Below, piece by piece: positions 12,010-23,845 of a stretch of DNA of 62,000 nucleotides (its first letter is position 1; every line of letters begins with the position of its first letter). The stretch is from Octopus vulgaris (Eukaryota): contig OX597823.1 of NCBI GenBank assembly GCA_951406725.2, positions 26,246,001-26,308,000 on the forward strand. Reading direction: 5' to 3'. The notes under the pieces are model-generated. The model was not told where the DNA came from. It made no database searches and saw only the letters and a program-made list of their open reading frames with translations. The position numbers were made by a program, and so were the translations under genes.

Positions 12010-12540
12010 GTTTCCAAATATGTTGTCAGTGGATAGAGCCATGGCAACCATTTAAATAACTACAGTCAGCATTTTCATTTTATTTATTATTATTTTTTTC
12101 TTCCAAACGGGGACATATTAATCTTCCAAATATGGTGTTAATGGAGGTAGACACCACCAGCTTGAAAATGCAGCAAATATTTGCTTCCTGAGTTATTTCT
12201 TGGTAAACTTTTCCCTTCCAAATACGTTGTCGATGGAGCTATGACAACCATTTGGTAACTGGAGTAAACCTTTCTCTTTCAAATAATTCACCAGTAAACA
12301 TTTCCCTCTGGAAAATGTTGTCAATAGTTATGACAACCTCTTAATAGCTGCAGTAAACCAATATATAGTTTATAGACCATTAACAGCTAATTGGTCACTC
12401 TTCTAAACATTTCCTTTACAAATATGTGTTAGTGGATATACTGCAGCTAACTGGTATCTTCAATAAATATCTCCTATTTAGAGATCTCAATGGCACCTTC
12501 TGCAAAGAATAGCTGCAATAAACATTTTCTCCATAGATAT
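12010..12540 (+). repeat. Degenerate tandem repeat (~90-110-bp period, about 5 units), each with an inverted-repeat stem
   Basis: CAAATAYGTTGTC...ATGRCAACC...CAGTAAAC recurs with stems starting at 12022, 12134, 12226, 12317 and about 12428. Confidence 0.65.
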
Positions 12541-12798
12541 TTTTTTAAATCTATGAAAAAAAAAAACAGGGTATTTGGTGGTGGGGGGAACAGAGACCTT
12601 TCAATTTATGTTTATATTTTTCATACCCAAGTTTCTGTTTATTATTATAATTAATGACAATAGTAAAATGAAAATCATTGTTCTCTCTCTCTCTCTCTCT
12701 CTCTTCAAGAGTTGTATGTAAACTATTTTAATTTTCACCAAAGAATTTTGTCACCTTTCTACAGAAAATTTTGAGCCAAAGACAGACTTACTTATTGT

Positions 12799-12869
12799 AA
12801 TAAAAGTTTACTAGTCTGATTTTGTTAAAAATAAACTAAACTTAGAATGAGAATTAAAACCCGAATAAA
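12799..12869 (+). promoter_or_regulatory. Clustered polyadenylation signals (probable distal 3' end of the ZNF800-like mRNA)
   Basis: AATAAA at 12799, 12830 and 12864 plus ATTAAA at 12853, followed by a T-rich downstream tract. Confidence 0.5.
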
Positions 12870-13445
12870 AAAAAAGATGCAATGTGTCACCATCCTTAGA
12901 TTATGCATTTATCATGTAGTTTTTATGTTTAATACATATTTCAAGTTGAAGAACTCCATGTAGTTAATTGACTATTTTGAATTTCTCACTGGGAGCAATC
13001 ATCACATCAAATATGCAGTTTCTTGAAAACTACTTTTGCTGTGTAAATGGAGTGGTATTAAATTACATTGAATTTCTCTGCTTGAAAAAGATAAAAGATA
13101 TATTCATGCTACATGTTATTTACACCCCCCCCCCTTTTTTTTTTTGTCATTGCTACTACAACTCAGTGTGTATGGGTGTGTTCAACTTCAGTTTAGAGAC
13201 TGATTTGTGTCTTATGTTCTAAAAGTAAGAACTTTATAAGAATCTTATCGTCCCTGACCAAAAATCATAGTTGGCTGATCAAGAAAACTGTACAGTGAAC
13301 GTGGTTGAGATTCTTTATTTTGGCTGCCTAACTGTAAATAGGTACCATTGTGCAGGTATCCCTCAAAATTCATCCATTTTATTACTCAGGCTTTTACAAG
13401 TTTAAGGAGTACAAAAACTAAACAGATGATTCTTGAGGACTGCTT

Positions 13446-13493
<48 letters not shown>

Positions 13494-13673
13494 AACTACT
13501 TGAGGCAAAAGTTGAAAGGACTAATCTTGAGAACTATCTATTGAAACAACTACTTGTAAGCAATATCATATTTAAAGAATGTTTTATTAGCTTACACGGT
13601 TGGGTTTAAGTGCGAGTATAGTTCTAGAATGGTTTCCTCTGGGAAACCATTCCAGTGCTCTTCAGATCAGACT

Positions 13674-13715
<42 letters not shown>

Positions 13716-14449
13716 TTATAATAATATATTATAAAATATTATAATATATTATAAAATATTATAATAATCCAGGTTTCTCGGAGCACTAGGCCACTTGGTG
13801 TTGAATAGATATACTATTAAATTAGTATCTAATTCTCTCACCCTTATTAATTAATTATATATATATATATATAGTTTAATCAGTCATACCATTGTATCCA
13901 GAACCTGGATCTGATTTTGGTTGTGTGCGATGACTAGTGTGTAGTACTCTGTACTTAACAGACAGCCATCAATGTTTGAAACTAAAAGGTTTCTCTGTTG
14001 GTTAGAATTAGGGCTTGATAATAAAAAAAGCTCAGCAGAATTTTTTCTGATAATCCAAAGGTGATGAGTTCACTCAAAACAGTTGTTTGTAGCTGATTAA
14101 CTTTTTATCACGGGGACTCAATCCTCTTCTCACCAACTCCAACTGAAAAAGAGAATCTTGCTCCCCTTGTAGTTATGTGGATTAGGTTAGATAGATCACT
14201 TGATTATTTAAAATATATACTTTGTGTAAAGGTCCAAACTGACAAATCTAACATTGAAAAAGTTAAAAAAAAAAAATTTAAACTGAAGAAAACAAAGAAA
14301 AAGTTGCTGTAATATGTGAGAAATCTGTGTTGTCCTTATTTACTTGTATGGAATGTATTACCTCATAAGTCCACACAACAGGCTGACAGCACTCAAACAT
14401 TTCTATATTCATTTTCATTGAAAATAGGTCCAAATCTGCCCCCCCCCCC

Positions 14450-14460
14450 CTGTTTGTGTG

Positions 14461-14530
<70 letters not shown>

Positions 14531-14580
14531 TATATACATATATATATATATACATACACACATATGCACATACGCATGTG
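14450..14580. repeat. Compound (TA)n/(TACA)n microsatellite after a C11 run
   Basis: Read directly from the sequence. Confidence 0.95.
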
Positions 14581-16431
14581 TATGGGAGACAGCTTTGTTC
14601 ATAAAGATGTTGGATAAAAAAAAACTCACTTGTGCTCCAGTTTCCTTTTTTTTATTAAAAATTTTCATATTTTTTTCAAGCTGTAAAGAATCTTTAATAA
14701 AATAGGGAAAAATCTAGAGCACAGTTAAGTTATCTAACACAACACACATATAAGTGTTTGCATATGTATGTACACATATAATATATATGTATAACATATA
14801 CATATGCACACACACACACACATGCATACAATTTTTTAATTGTCCATTTTATCTATTCCAATACGGGTGGGAGTTTTCTATTTATTTTCACTTTTGCGCA
14901 AAAGTGGACATTTGCATATGTTTTGGAACCATATTTACAGCTGGATGCCTTTACTACTACTAACTGTATGTAACGTTGTTGTGGAAAATAGTAGTATCCG
15001 CCAGGCAGCCTGAAGTAACAAAATGCTTGAAACTGTTAGGTTGGAGTTGTGACCATCTGGCCAATATAATGGCTCTCTAAACCCCACTTCAACTGTGGTT
15101 CTTGTATTATACATTATCTCCCACCCAACATAACTCATTAACAGTAATAATGTTATGTGTGTCCCTCCTGTCTCTCTCTGTCTCTCTCTCTCTGTCTCTC
15201 TCTCTCTTTCCCTCTCAACTAGCTCATTACTAGTGCTAGCACACTATATTAGAAATGGTGAATGAAATGACCACAAGATTTTGTTGAGGTGTCCATTATG
15301 TCTAATGGGGTAGGTGATCATGTGACTAGAGCGTTGTGTTACACAATGTTTCATATCCCCCAAGTGTTGTGAGTCCTCTTCATTCTCAGGTGTTTCATTG
15401 TGTAATTGTTAGGCAAGGCAGTTAATTCAGTGCCCCAATTCACCTGCCAGCAGCTGGGGAAGAGTGGTATGAAATCATATCTTTTGACTGTTTTCATTCA
15501 ATAGATAGTTCCCCTGTATAAAAGTAAGGTGGGTATTCATCTCTCATCCCATTAACATCACAGAGCCCAAAGATAAAGGGGTTTATTCTTTTTATGGAGG
15601 GAGGGGGGTACTTTGTGGTTTATGAAACCATTTTATCAACATATCACTGTAAAGGTTATAATAAAGTTATTACACCAGCTGCAGTCCTATATTCAAAAGG
15701 ACCAAATACTGGTTGAATTGAAACAATGTCATATTGGATACCCTTTTATGACCAAAATACCTAGTTATATCCACCTGAAGAATATTTACATTGAAAATGA
15801 TTTTATCTTGTCTGTATGTAACTTTCAAACATTTTCTACGTTTGATCCAATTTATACTGTTTTTTTTTTGAATTTATGGATTACTTTTCATTGTTTTTAT
15901 TGTTTATATTTTATTTATTTTGAATGTTGAATAAAAGAAAAAATTCATTGTTCCATTCCCCACTCCCACTCCAATTGTAATCTTTGTTTCTGAGATGGTG
16001 AGTTTGATGTAAACACTATTTAGTAGTATCCAACTAGATACTTTACTGTATTTAGTTTCGTCACTTTACGTGTTATTCAGATTCTGCCAGTGTGTGGCAG
16101 ATATGTTTTAATAATTAAATAATGAATTTATTTTTATTTATTTATTTTTTTTGCTATACTCTCCTACCTACCTCTAATTGTACTTCACCTAATGTCTGTA
16201 TCAGAAGTAATAGTATTATTCATATTGGTAGAATTGGTAGAGAACTGAGCTAAATACCTTGCCATATTTAGTTACATTCCTTAAAATGCTGTGTTCTGTT
16301 TGTGTTGAGGTTAACTATACCTTTCAGTAAAATTAATACCAGTTACAAACTTGGGTCCAATTCATTTAACTATTTGTCTTCCTTACAAATTTGTGGCTTT
16401 GAGCCAATGTTGGAATTTATTATTTATTTAT

Positions 16432-16712
16432 TAGCTGAGAGGCTAAGAATTTTACTTTGCAACCCCATGGTCCCAGGTCTGATCCTACTGCATAGCAATT
16501 TGGGCAAGTATCTTCATCTGTAGCCATGTGTGTCTTTATATCTGTGTAAGCCAGTTTCAGGTTGCATGCTCTATTTGTCAAAGCATAACTCAGAAATTTG
16601 ATAAAGTAGGAAACCTGACTGAAATAAGTACTGGGGCCAATATGATTGACTAAAATCACCCTTGGAGGCAGGCCCTTGTATGGCTGCAGTCCAATGACTG
16701 AAACCAGTAAAA
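16432..16712 (+). mobile_element. Degenerate SINE-A copy
   Basis: TTGGGCAAGTATCTTC core and GGCTGCAGTCCAATGACTGAAACCAGTAAAA tail. Confidence 0.6.
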
Positions 16713-16784
16713 AAAAAATACACATGCAGTTACAGATTTGGAGGAATTTTTGAAAGTTAATATTTATTTTCTTTGATAACGATG

Positions 16785-17018
16785 AGTAATGATAAGGGTT
16801 TCTAATATAAACACAAGGCCTGAAATTTTGTGGGGAAGGGTAAGTCAGTAAAATCGACCCAGTATTTGACTGGTGCTTTATTTTATTGATACCTGGATGA
16901 GGGACACTGAAAGGCAAAGCTAACTATGATGTGATTTGAACTCAGACTGTAAAGAGCTGGAACAAATATAGTGAGGTATTTTGTCTAACGCTCTAATGAT
17001 TTTTGCCAATCTGTCACC
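16785..17018 (-). mobile_element. SINE-B copy
   Basis: Plus strand shows GAAAGGCAAAG...TTTGAACTCAG...CTCTAATGATTTTTGCCAATCTGTCACC, the reverse complement of the SINE-B head and core. Confidence 0.65.
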
Positions 17019-18835
17019 CTAAATAAATAATAAGTTTTCAACTTCTATCTGAATCAGTTGCATATATATCATTTTAAATATGTTTCTCAATAACAATTTT
17101 TTGCTTAGATTGTTTTAGACATCACAGCTAAGGCCATATTGAAGCACTACCATGATATGCAAACGTCCTAAACTTCTGAATTCAACTAACAACCTTTTAT
17201 GATACAAGTCTCTTAATTGTTTAACTGTATACATCTCCCTCCACCTCCACCACCGCAATCACTGAGCTTCTACAGTTACTGCTTTACAGTAATTAATTCT
17301 GTCGTACTGTATCCTGGGTTCAAATTCCACTGGGGTAGGGTGCGTCAATTGATAAATGAGCATTAGTTATGTACAGAGGTCAGTTTCATTGACTATTTCC
17401 TCTCTACAGACTTGCAGTCCTGTGCCAATGTTGAGAATTCAACATTTCAAAAGAAAGTTGTTTTATCTCTTGATCTAGAAATATTCAATTGTCTTAGTTC
17501 AAAATATATTGTCTTTCCTCTTCTTCTTCCTCCTATCTAAATCTGTAACTAAAATTCTTGGAATGAGAGAAAATATCAGATACTTTGCAGTGAATCTGAG
17601 GTATAAGAAAACAACCCAACAAAAATAGAACATCAAATCAAATATATTTAATCCAGCAGCAAAGAATAAGATCATTTTTGTGGCTGATAAAAGTAAAACC
17701 GTATCAAAATAGCTGGAATACCGCTAAAACTCATACTTTTAATAAACTTTCCAACATAATTTTCAGGAATATAATGGGTTTAAAATAATAAAATTAATAA
17801 TAATAATAGTTATACAGTTGCTTTGAATAATTTGTTCACTCTAAATACCACTTTTTTTTTTTTTCTCCCTTAGTAGTTTACATTGAAGAAATTGGAGAGT
17901 AGTTTTCCTTTCTGAAATCTTATGAAGTTTACGTGCCAAATTAAAAATCTTGTGCTTGCAAGATGTGGTGTTTAATATTTTTATTTGAATTTTTTTTTTT
18001 TATACATTGAATTAGAAACCAAATATATTTCTTCCAAATCTTGATTTTAATTATAGTTTAAGGTTGTTGTTTTTTTTTCTTTATTTTCATTTTATAAATA
18101 TAAATTTCAAAACATCTTTGCTTCATGTTTAATATATGTTGTCAAATCTATAGGACAAAATGTTTTGATTTAAATTGCAAGGCAGTTTCTATATGAATAG
18201 TCTTTTATATATTTATTTACTTTTGTTAGTAAGAAGAGAAACATAATCTGATACATGAATTGTTACTAAACAAATGCTATGATTTGAGATAATATATATA
18301 TATATATAATTATCCATTATATATTTGTAGAATTCTAGAGACAGCAATGTCTGTTTTAACGTATTTAATATTGAGATTTTCTAAATCTCTGAACTATCAT
18401 AGATCAAGTATAAATCTCCCATTGACATGCTGGATACATCGAGTGTTTGGAAGCCTTAAATGACTACTGGTTCTCTCATCAACTTGGCAATGTATCCAAG
18501 ACAAAGTAACTGTCAGAGCACACACACACACATAGATAGATAGATGGATAATTATTAACAAAATACACTTATATATATTTATTCAAAACTGGTTATTTGC
18601 TCCAATGCTACTCAGTTCCTCTGTGGGTGTGTGGGTGGTTACTCAGGTAATAAAAAGATAGTTGTTTTTTTGTTTTTTTTTCATGTTTTTCTTTTTTTTG
18701 GTCACCTGAAGGATTGATTGCACATGATGTGAATCTCAAATGACAGTGAATAATTAGCTGCATTGAATGAATGAATAACTTCTGCATGTAATGAGCACTC
18801 TTTCTCCAGTGTGAACATCCAAGTGTCTCTCTCTC

Positions 18836-18880
<45 letters not shown>

Positions 18881-19875
18881 ATGTGTATATATATGCATAT
18901 GAATGTACCTGTGTGTGTGTGTGTGTATGTCATGTAAATAGGATTATATATCTCCACTTAAAAGTCTTGAGCAATTGATCATTTGGTAAGCTGTATTCAT
19001 CAGGTGCAACCAACTGTAAGGTCTGTGCTCAAAACCTTATTTATCTTTTTTTTATTTTTCGTCTAGCTGTGTTATAATTCCATTAAAACCTATTTATAAC
19101 AAACACATATCACTCTGCACACTTCCTACCCTAGTCTTTATTGAACTCTTGTGTTTCTGTATCACAAAATAATATAAATATACATACATACGAACATACA
19201 CAAATACAAATGATGGATGTTTGTAAAGGCCCACTACTCTCTAGTCTGCACCTCATTTGAGCCCTTTTAAAGTTTTTTTGGATATAAAATCAGCTAGATT
19301 TTGGCATTGGACATACACCAGCAATGATCATATTATTCATATCTGCTCATCTTATTTAAGTGCTCTTAGTTTAAGCAACAAACACAGGTCCATTTACATC
19401 TAACAAACTCCCATGTCTTTTGATTATATTTAGATTTTTTTTTTTACTTCTTTTCCATTCCTTTTTAAAATTAAATCTGCTTCAGATAAAGATGATATAG
19501 TTTGATTACCTTAATGTATAAATCTCTTAATCCCCCCCACCACCTATCTTGATTTTAAAATATATAAGTTTTTAACTTTTTTTTTGTCTGTTGTACTTGT
19601 TTCAGTTAAGCAAAAACCTGTAAAAAAAAAAAAAAAATTCAAATATAATTTTGAATAATTTTTTTTTTCATATTTCTTTATTCTCAGTGTTGTTGTTCTC
19701 TGTTTAATGTATTTTTCTTGAAAATATCAGTTGTCGTCCCCAACCTCCATAACAAGCAGAAAAATTAAAAGACTTAACTTACCTACCTGTTCACCTAGCT
19801 TTTTTGATATTTTTGTTGTTGCAATGTAATTTTTATTATGTTGAACATAAATGTCAAGCACTGTGGGGTTGTGGT

Positions 19876-19917
<42 letters not shown>

Positions 19918-20913
19918 ATTTCACTTGTGCTGCTAATGGTCCTGAGAAAGGCATAAATATCATACACTATCACCTTTTACCTTCTCATATGTAACAAAAG
20001 AAATTGTGGCCTTGTGCCAAAGAAGGAAATCAAAAAAAAAAATTATAATTAAGCTTTTGTTGTTGTATATTTTATTGAGGTGGGGGGAGGAGAGTGATAA
20101 TGTTTTTAGGTGTCACTGTTCAGTTAAGCTAGTGCCTTTCTGCTTCTGGAACCTTGGGTAAGTTCCTTAAGCTAGGATACTTTTACAGCTAATCACTTGC
20201 TTGTGGCATTCCTGAACAATGGCCTTTTAGAAACTTTCTAAAAATACAATATTCTTCTCTTTAAGTTCTAATCACCAGCCCAATTACAAAACATCATGTC
20301 AGTGCCATTATTATTATTATTCATTTGTTAATTTCTTTGCTGCTTATGCTTGCCAGGGAAAATGGAGAACTTCTTCCACACTAAATCAGAGGAAAATATC
20401 TCAAATCACATGGGCTTCATTTTGAGATTATATTGTTCCTCTCTAATTTTATCTCACAACTCTGAAAGCCAGTGTTTCTACCCCACTGGTGCAATTATCT
20501 CTTATTCTCCTCTTTCAAGCTTTCAAAGGGCAGGGATACAAAATTTAGATGTCTTCACAAGTTTTCATGCAAATCTAGAAACCAATGTTTACTTTATCAG
20601 AAAACAATGTATTGTCTTGTTTTAGAATTTATTAAGTTTATGCTGAGATTTAAAGTATTTTTATGCAAATTTCATGGGCTGAACAATAAATAATAAATTC
20701 ATTTTTGATTGCAGAAATGATATTAATTTTTAAAAAAAATTATAAATAAATGAAAAAGAGAAAAAAAAACTAATAAAAATATTTTTGGCTTTATTTTATT
20801 CTAAGATTTTCTTTGGAGCATTTGTTGCACTTCTTAAACCAGAATAATTTTTTGGAAATTAATTTTGTAAATATAGTAGAAATATGATATTTTGTATTAT
20901 TATTATTATTATT

Positions 20914-20997
20914 AATAAGGTGGTGAGCTGGCAGAATCGTTAGCACACTAGGCAACGATACAGTTTTAGCACACTAGGCAATGATACAGTTACAGTT
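20914..20997 (+). mobile_element. SINE-B head fragment with a 26-bp tandem duplication
   Basis: GGTGAGCTGGCAGAATCG followed by TTAGCACACTAGGCAAYGATACAGTT twice (20940-20991); preceded by (ATT)n. Confidence 0.65.
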
Positions 20998-21820
20998 TTT
21001 TTAAATTCTCTCCTGAGTATACATTTCCACTTCCTTCTTGATATAACAACACATTAGGTGAAGATGGTTGTAGATTCATGACTGGATGTAGCAAATACAT
21101 TGATGGTTGTGAGGTGTTTTTTTTTTTAGTAGAAGTCAGTTTTTTTTATATTTTGATTTTAAGAACTCTTTATTTCATTGAACTTTCAAACATCTCTACA
21201 TTCTGGCTTACAGATTATAAATCAAGGCAGTTGCTTAGAAGTGCATTTTAACACCTCAGGTAGCAAGCTCTGTTTCTCTAATTTATTGAGACAAAATTAT
21301 CTGTTAAAATGTTAAACAGAAACTACAATCTTTGTATTAACCTGATGTCAAAAACAAAAAGGCATAAAATATTTACTACCTTTTATTTTCTTGACATTAT
21401 AATCTAATATTTTGATTGAGTATGTCTGCATAACAAAGTTACATTATGCTTAATAAAAGATTTTGAACCCTGCTGTGAAAATAATCTCTGTGGTGGAAAC
21501 ATAAGACCCTTATGAGCCAAGGATGACTGGGATTGATATAATCACTCGTTCCCTTCTCCGAAATTTGCAGTCTTATACCTATGTCAACAATGAATTAGTG
21601 TAACTCTCAAGAGATGTTTTCATCTGATTTGTGTAACTTGTAAACAAACTTTAATTCAATCTCAAATTGATTTGTTTCTGTTTCTTTATCTTTAGCTATT
21701 ATCATTGATCACACTGACATCCTTTATGAGGACCCTTCTTTTTTCATACTATTTTGAAGTTCTGAATCAGTTTCTTATAAAAATTAAAAAGTGATTAATC
21801 ATTCATTAATCACCTTTTAC

Positions 21821-22000
21821 CTTACTTAGTATTGTTGTAATAATCTCTTCTAAACCAGAAAACCATCTAATAAGAGTGTAATGCTCTTTGAAACCCCTCT
21901 CATTAATGAGGATGTCCTGCTGTTTGGTTTTTGGCAGAGCATCTGCATCTGAAGATTCACCATCATCAAGATTATTAAAGTCATTCACCAACTCTGATAT
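21821..22000 (-). other. Orphan exon-like segment, 180 bp, stop-free (ISELVNDF...ITTILSK)
   Basis: Canonical borders ATAAG|ATATC and TAAG|GTAAAAG, phase 0-0; no recognisable homology and no clean neighbouring exon found. Confidence 0.3.
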
Positions 22001-22690
22001 CTTATAATTCAGTTAGTCAATATATAACTGTTAATGCTTTCTAAATCTATAAGGTGCATCAAGTTTCAGTGGTGTTTTACAAGAAATCGAGTTACCCATG
22101 TTAGTAATTATCTTAATTGTGTGGTGTTGACTCAGTCTAAACTTCCTGGTTATTGTTTAACTGTGGGGTCTGCTTTCACAGCAAAGTTAAAATATATTTA
22201 TTAAATATGTGATTCTATCTTTGTTTATAAATTTAATCTAAAATACATTGTCAGTACTCCAGGTAATATAACAGACACACACAATAAGAAACAGAGGATG
22301 ATGTATGTAATATTTTATTTACAAAGCTTAAGTTATTTGTGTTAGCTGAGTCTTTATACATGAAACTTGAATATCAAAATAAACTAATGAAATACTTATA
22401 GCATAAAGAATATATAATCTGAGTGTATGCACACACTTTGAAGTACATTTTTGGTATATAGAACCGATTCCATATACTACCATGCTTCCTTCCTCTTTTC
22501 TTGGTATATTTATATATTTCATTGTTAATTACCATTGCTTATAGATGTGATGGTGGTCAATAAAGTATTCTATGTACAGCTATTGAATCAGTCAACTGTA
22601 CCTTTCCATCGTAAATGTACTGTCTTGTATCACTGTAGGTGACCTTTATTGATATTACTTTAGAAATCATTATTACTATAGCAATTTAAA

Positions 22691-22812
22691 GTGGTTAGCT
22701 GGCAGAATTGCTAGTACGCTGGGCGAAATGCTTAGTGGTATTTCATCTGCGACTACGTTCTGAGTTCAAATTCTGCTGAGGTCAACTTTGCCTTTCATCC
22801 TTTCGGGGTCGA
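22691..22812 (+). mobile_element. SINE-B copy
   Basis: AGCTGGCAGAATTGCTAGTACGCTGGGCGAAATGCTTAG...CTGAGTTCAAATTC (B-box-like)...CTTTCATCCTTTCGGGGTCGAT. Confidence 0.8.
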
Positions 22813-23519
22813 TATGTTTGGAGTTGGGGTAAACTAAATTTACATCCTTTCAGGTTGGATAAGATGTGTCAGTCATGTCAATTTAATCAGTTCTCCACTA
22901 TCCCATCCCTTTTGGATGGTAAATTTAATCATTTGTTTGGTTTGCCCTCACCATCTGGATGATGTGTATCATTAGTGGAACCTATTTTGTTGCAAGAATT
23001 TAAGCTAGGCCCCTAATATAAGAGTAATATCCTTCCACCTGCTTTAGTGGTCCTGAGAAAAACCGTCTATGCTGGCTGACTCCTACAGTTCTTTTTTAAA
23101 AACCATGGTATTCCAGCAATAGTGGTAAGAACTCAATCAATCTAACTTAATTCCAGTTTCCATTCCAAATCACCTGAGTCTTCATTTATGTGAGCCCCAG
23201 GTTGGTTAATGTCCTTTTATTATTCTAATTTATTATTGAAAAGTCACGGAAAAAGTAACAGCATGTCTTGAAGAAGTGAAATCTTTATAGTCCACCACTC
23301 ATTCTTTTAATGTGCAGGAGTCAGTCAGATTTAACCCTTGTTTTTATTTTATTGCATTCAGCCCTGAGCACCACCTGTACTACACATAAACCTGCTTACA
23401 GTGTCATGTAAAAACCATAAACTACTTTTTAAAAAATTTTAGACATAGCAATCCTTTGTATTTCTGCAGTTTCAAAATACCTTTCATTATTATTATTATT
23501 ATTATCATTATTATTATTG

Positions 23520-23845
23520 GTAGATTAACTGGATTGTTAGAGTATTGGACAAATTGCTTTGCAGTAATTGATCTGGTTCTTTATATTCTGAGTTCAAATT
23601 CTACCAAGGTCAACTTTGCCTTTCCGTTCCCCAGCAGTAACATACTAGGGTTGATCTAATTGACCATACCCCCTCCTCTATGGTCTTGTGCCTCAGAAAT
23701 TATTATTAGGGCAGTGTCATATGGCAGAATCAGTAGCACTCCTGACAAAATACCTTTACATTCTAAGTTCATATCTTCCTAGATCAATTTAATTTCATGT
23801 ACCTAGCTCCAAATTTTGTAACTTTGTGCCATTGTAAGAAAATAT
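23520..23845 (+). mobile_element. Two tandem degenerate SINE-B copies bounded by (ATT)n
   Basis: CTGAGTTCAAATTCTACCAAGGTCAACTTTGCC core; (ATT)n before the first copy and between the two. Confidence 0.6.
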
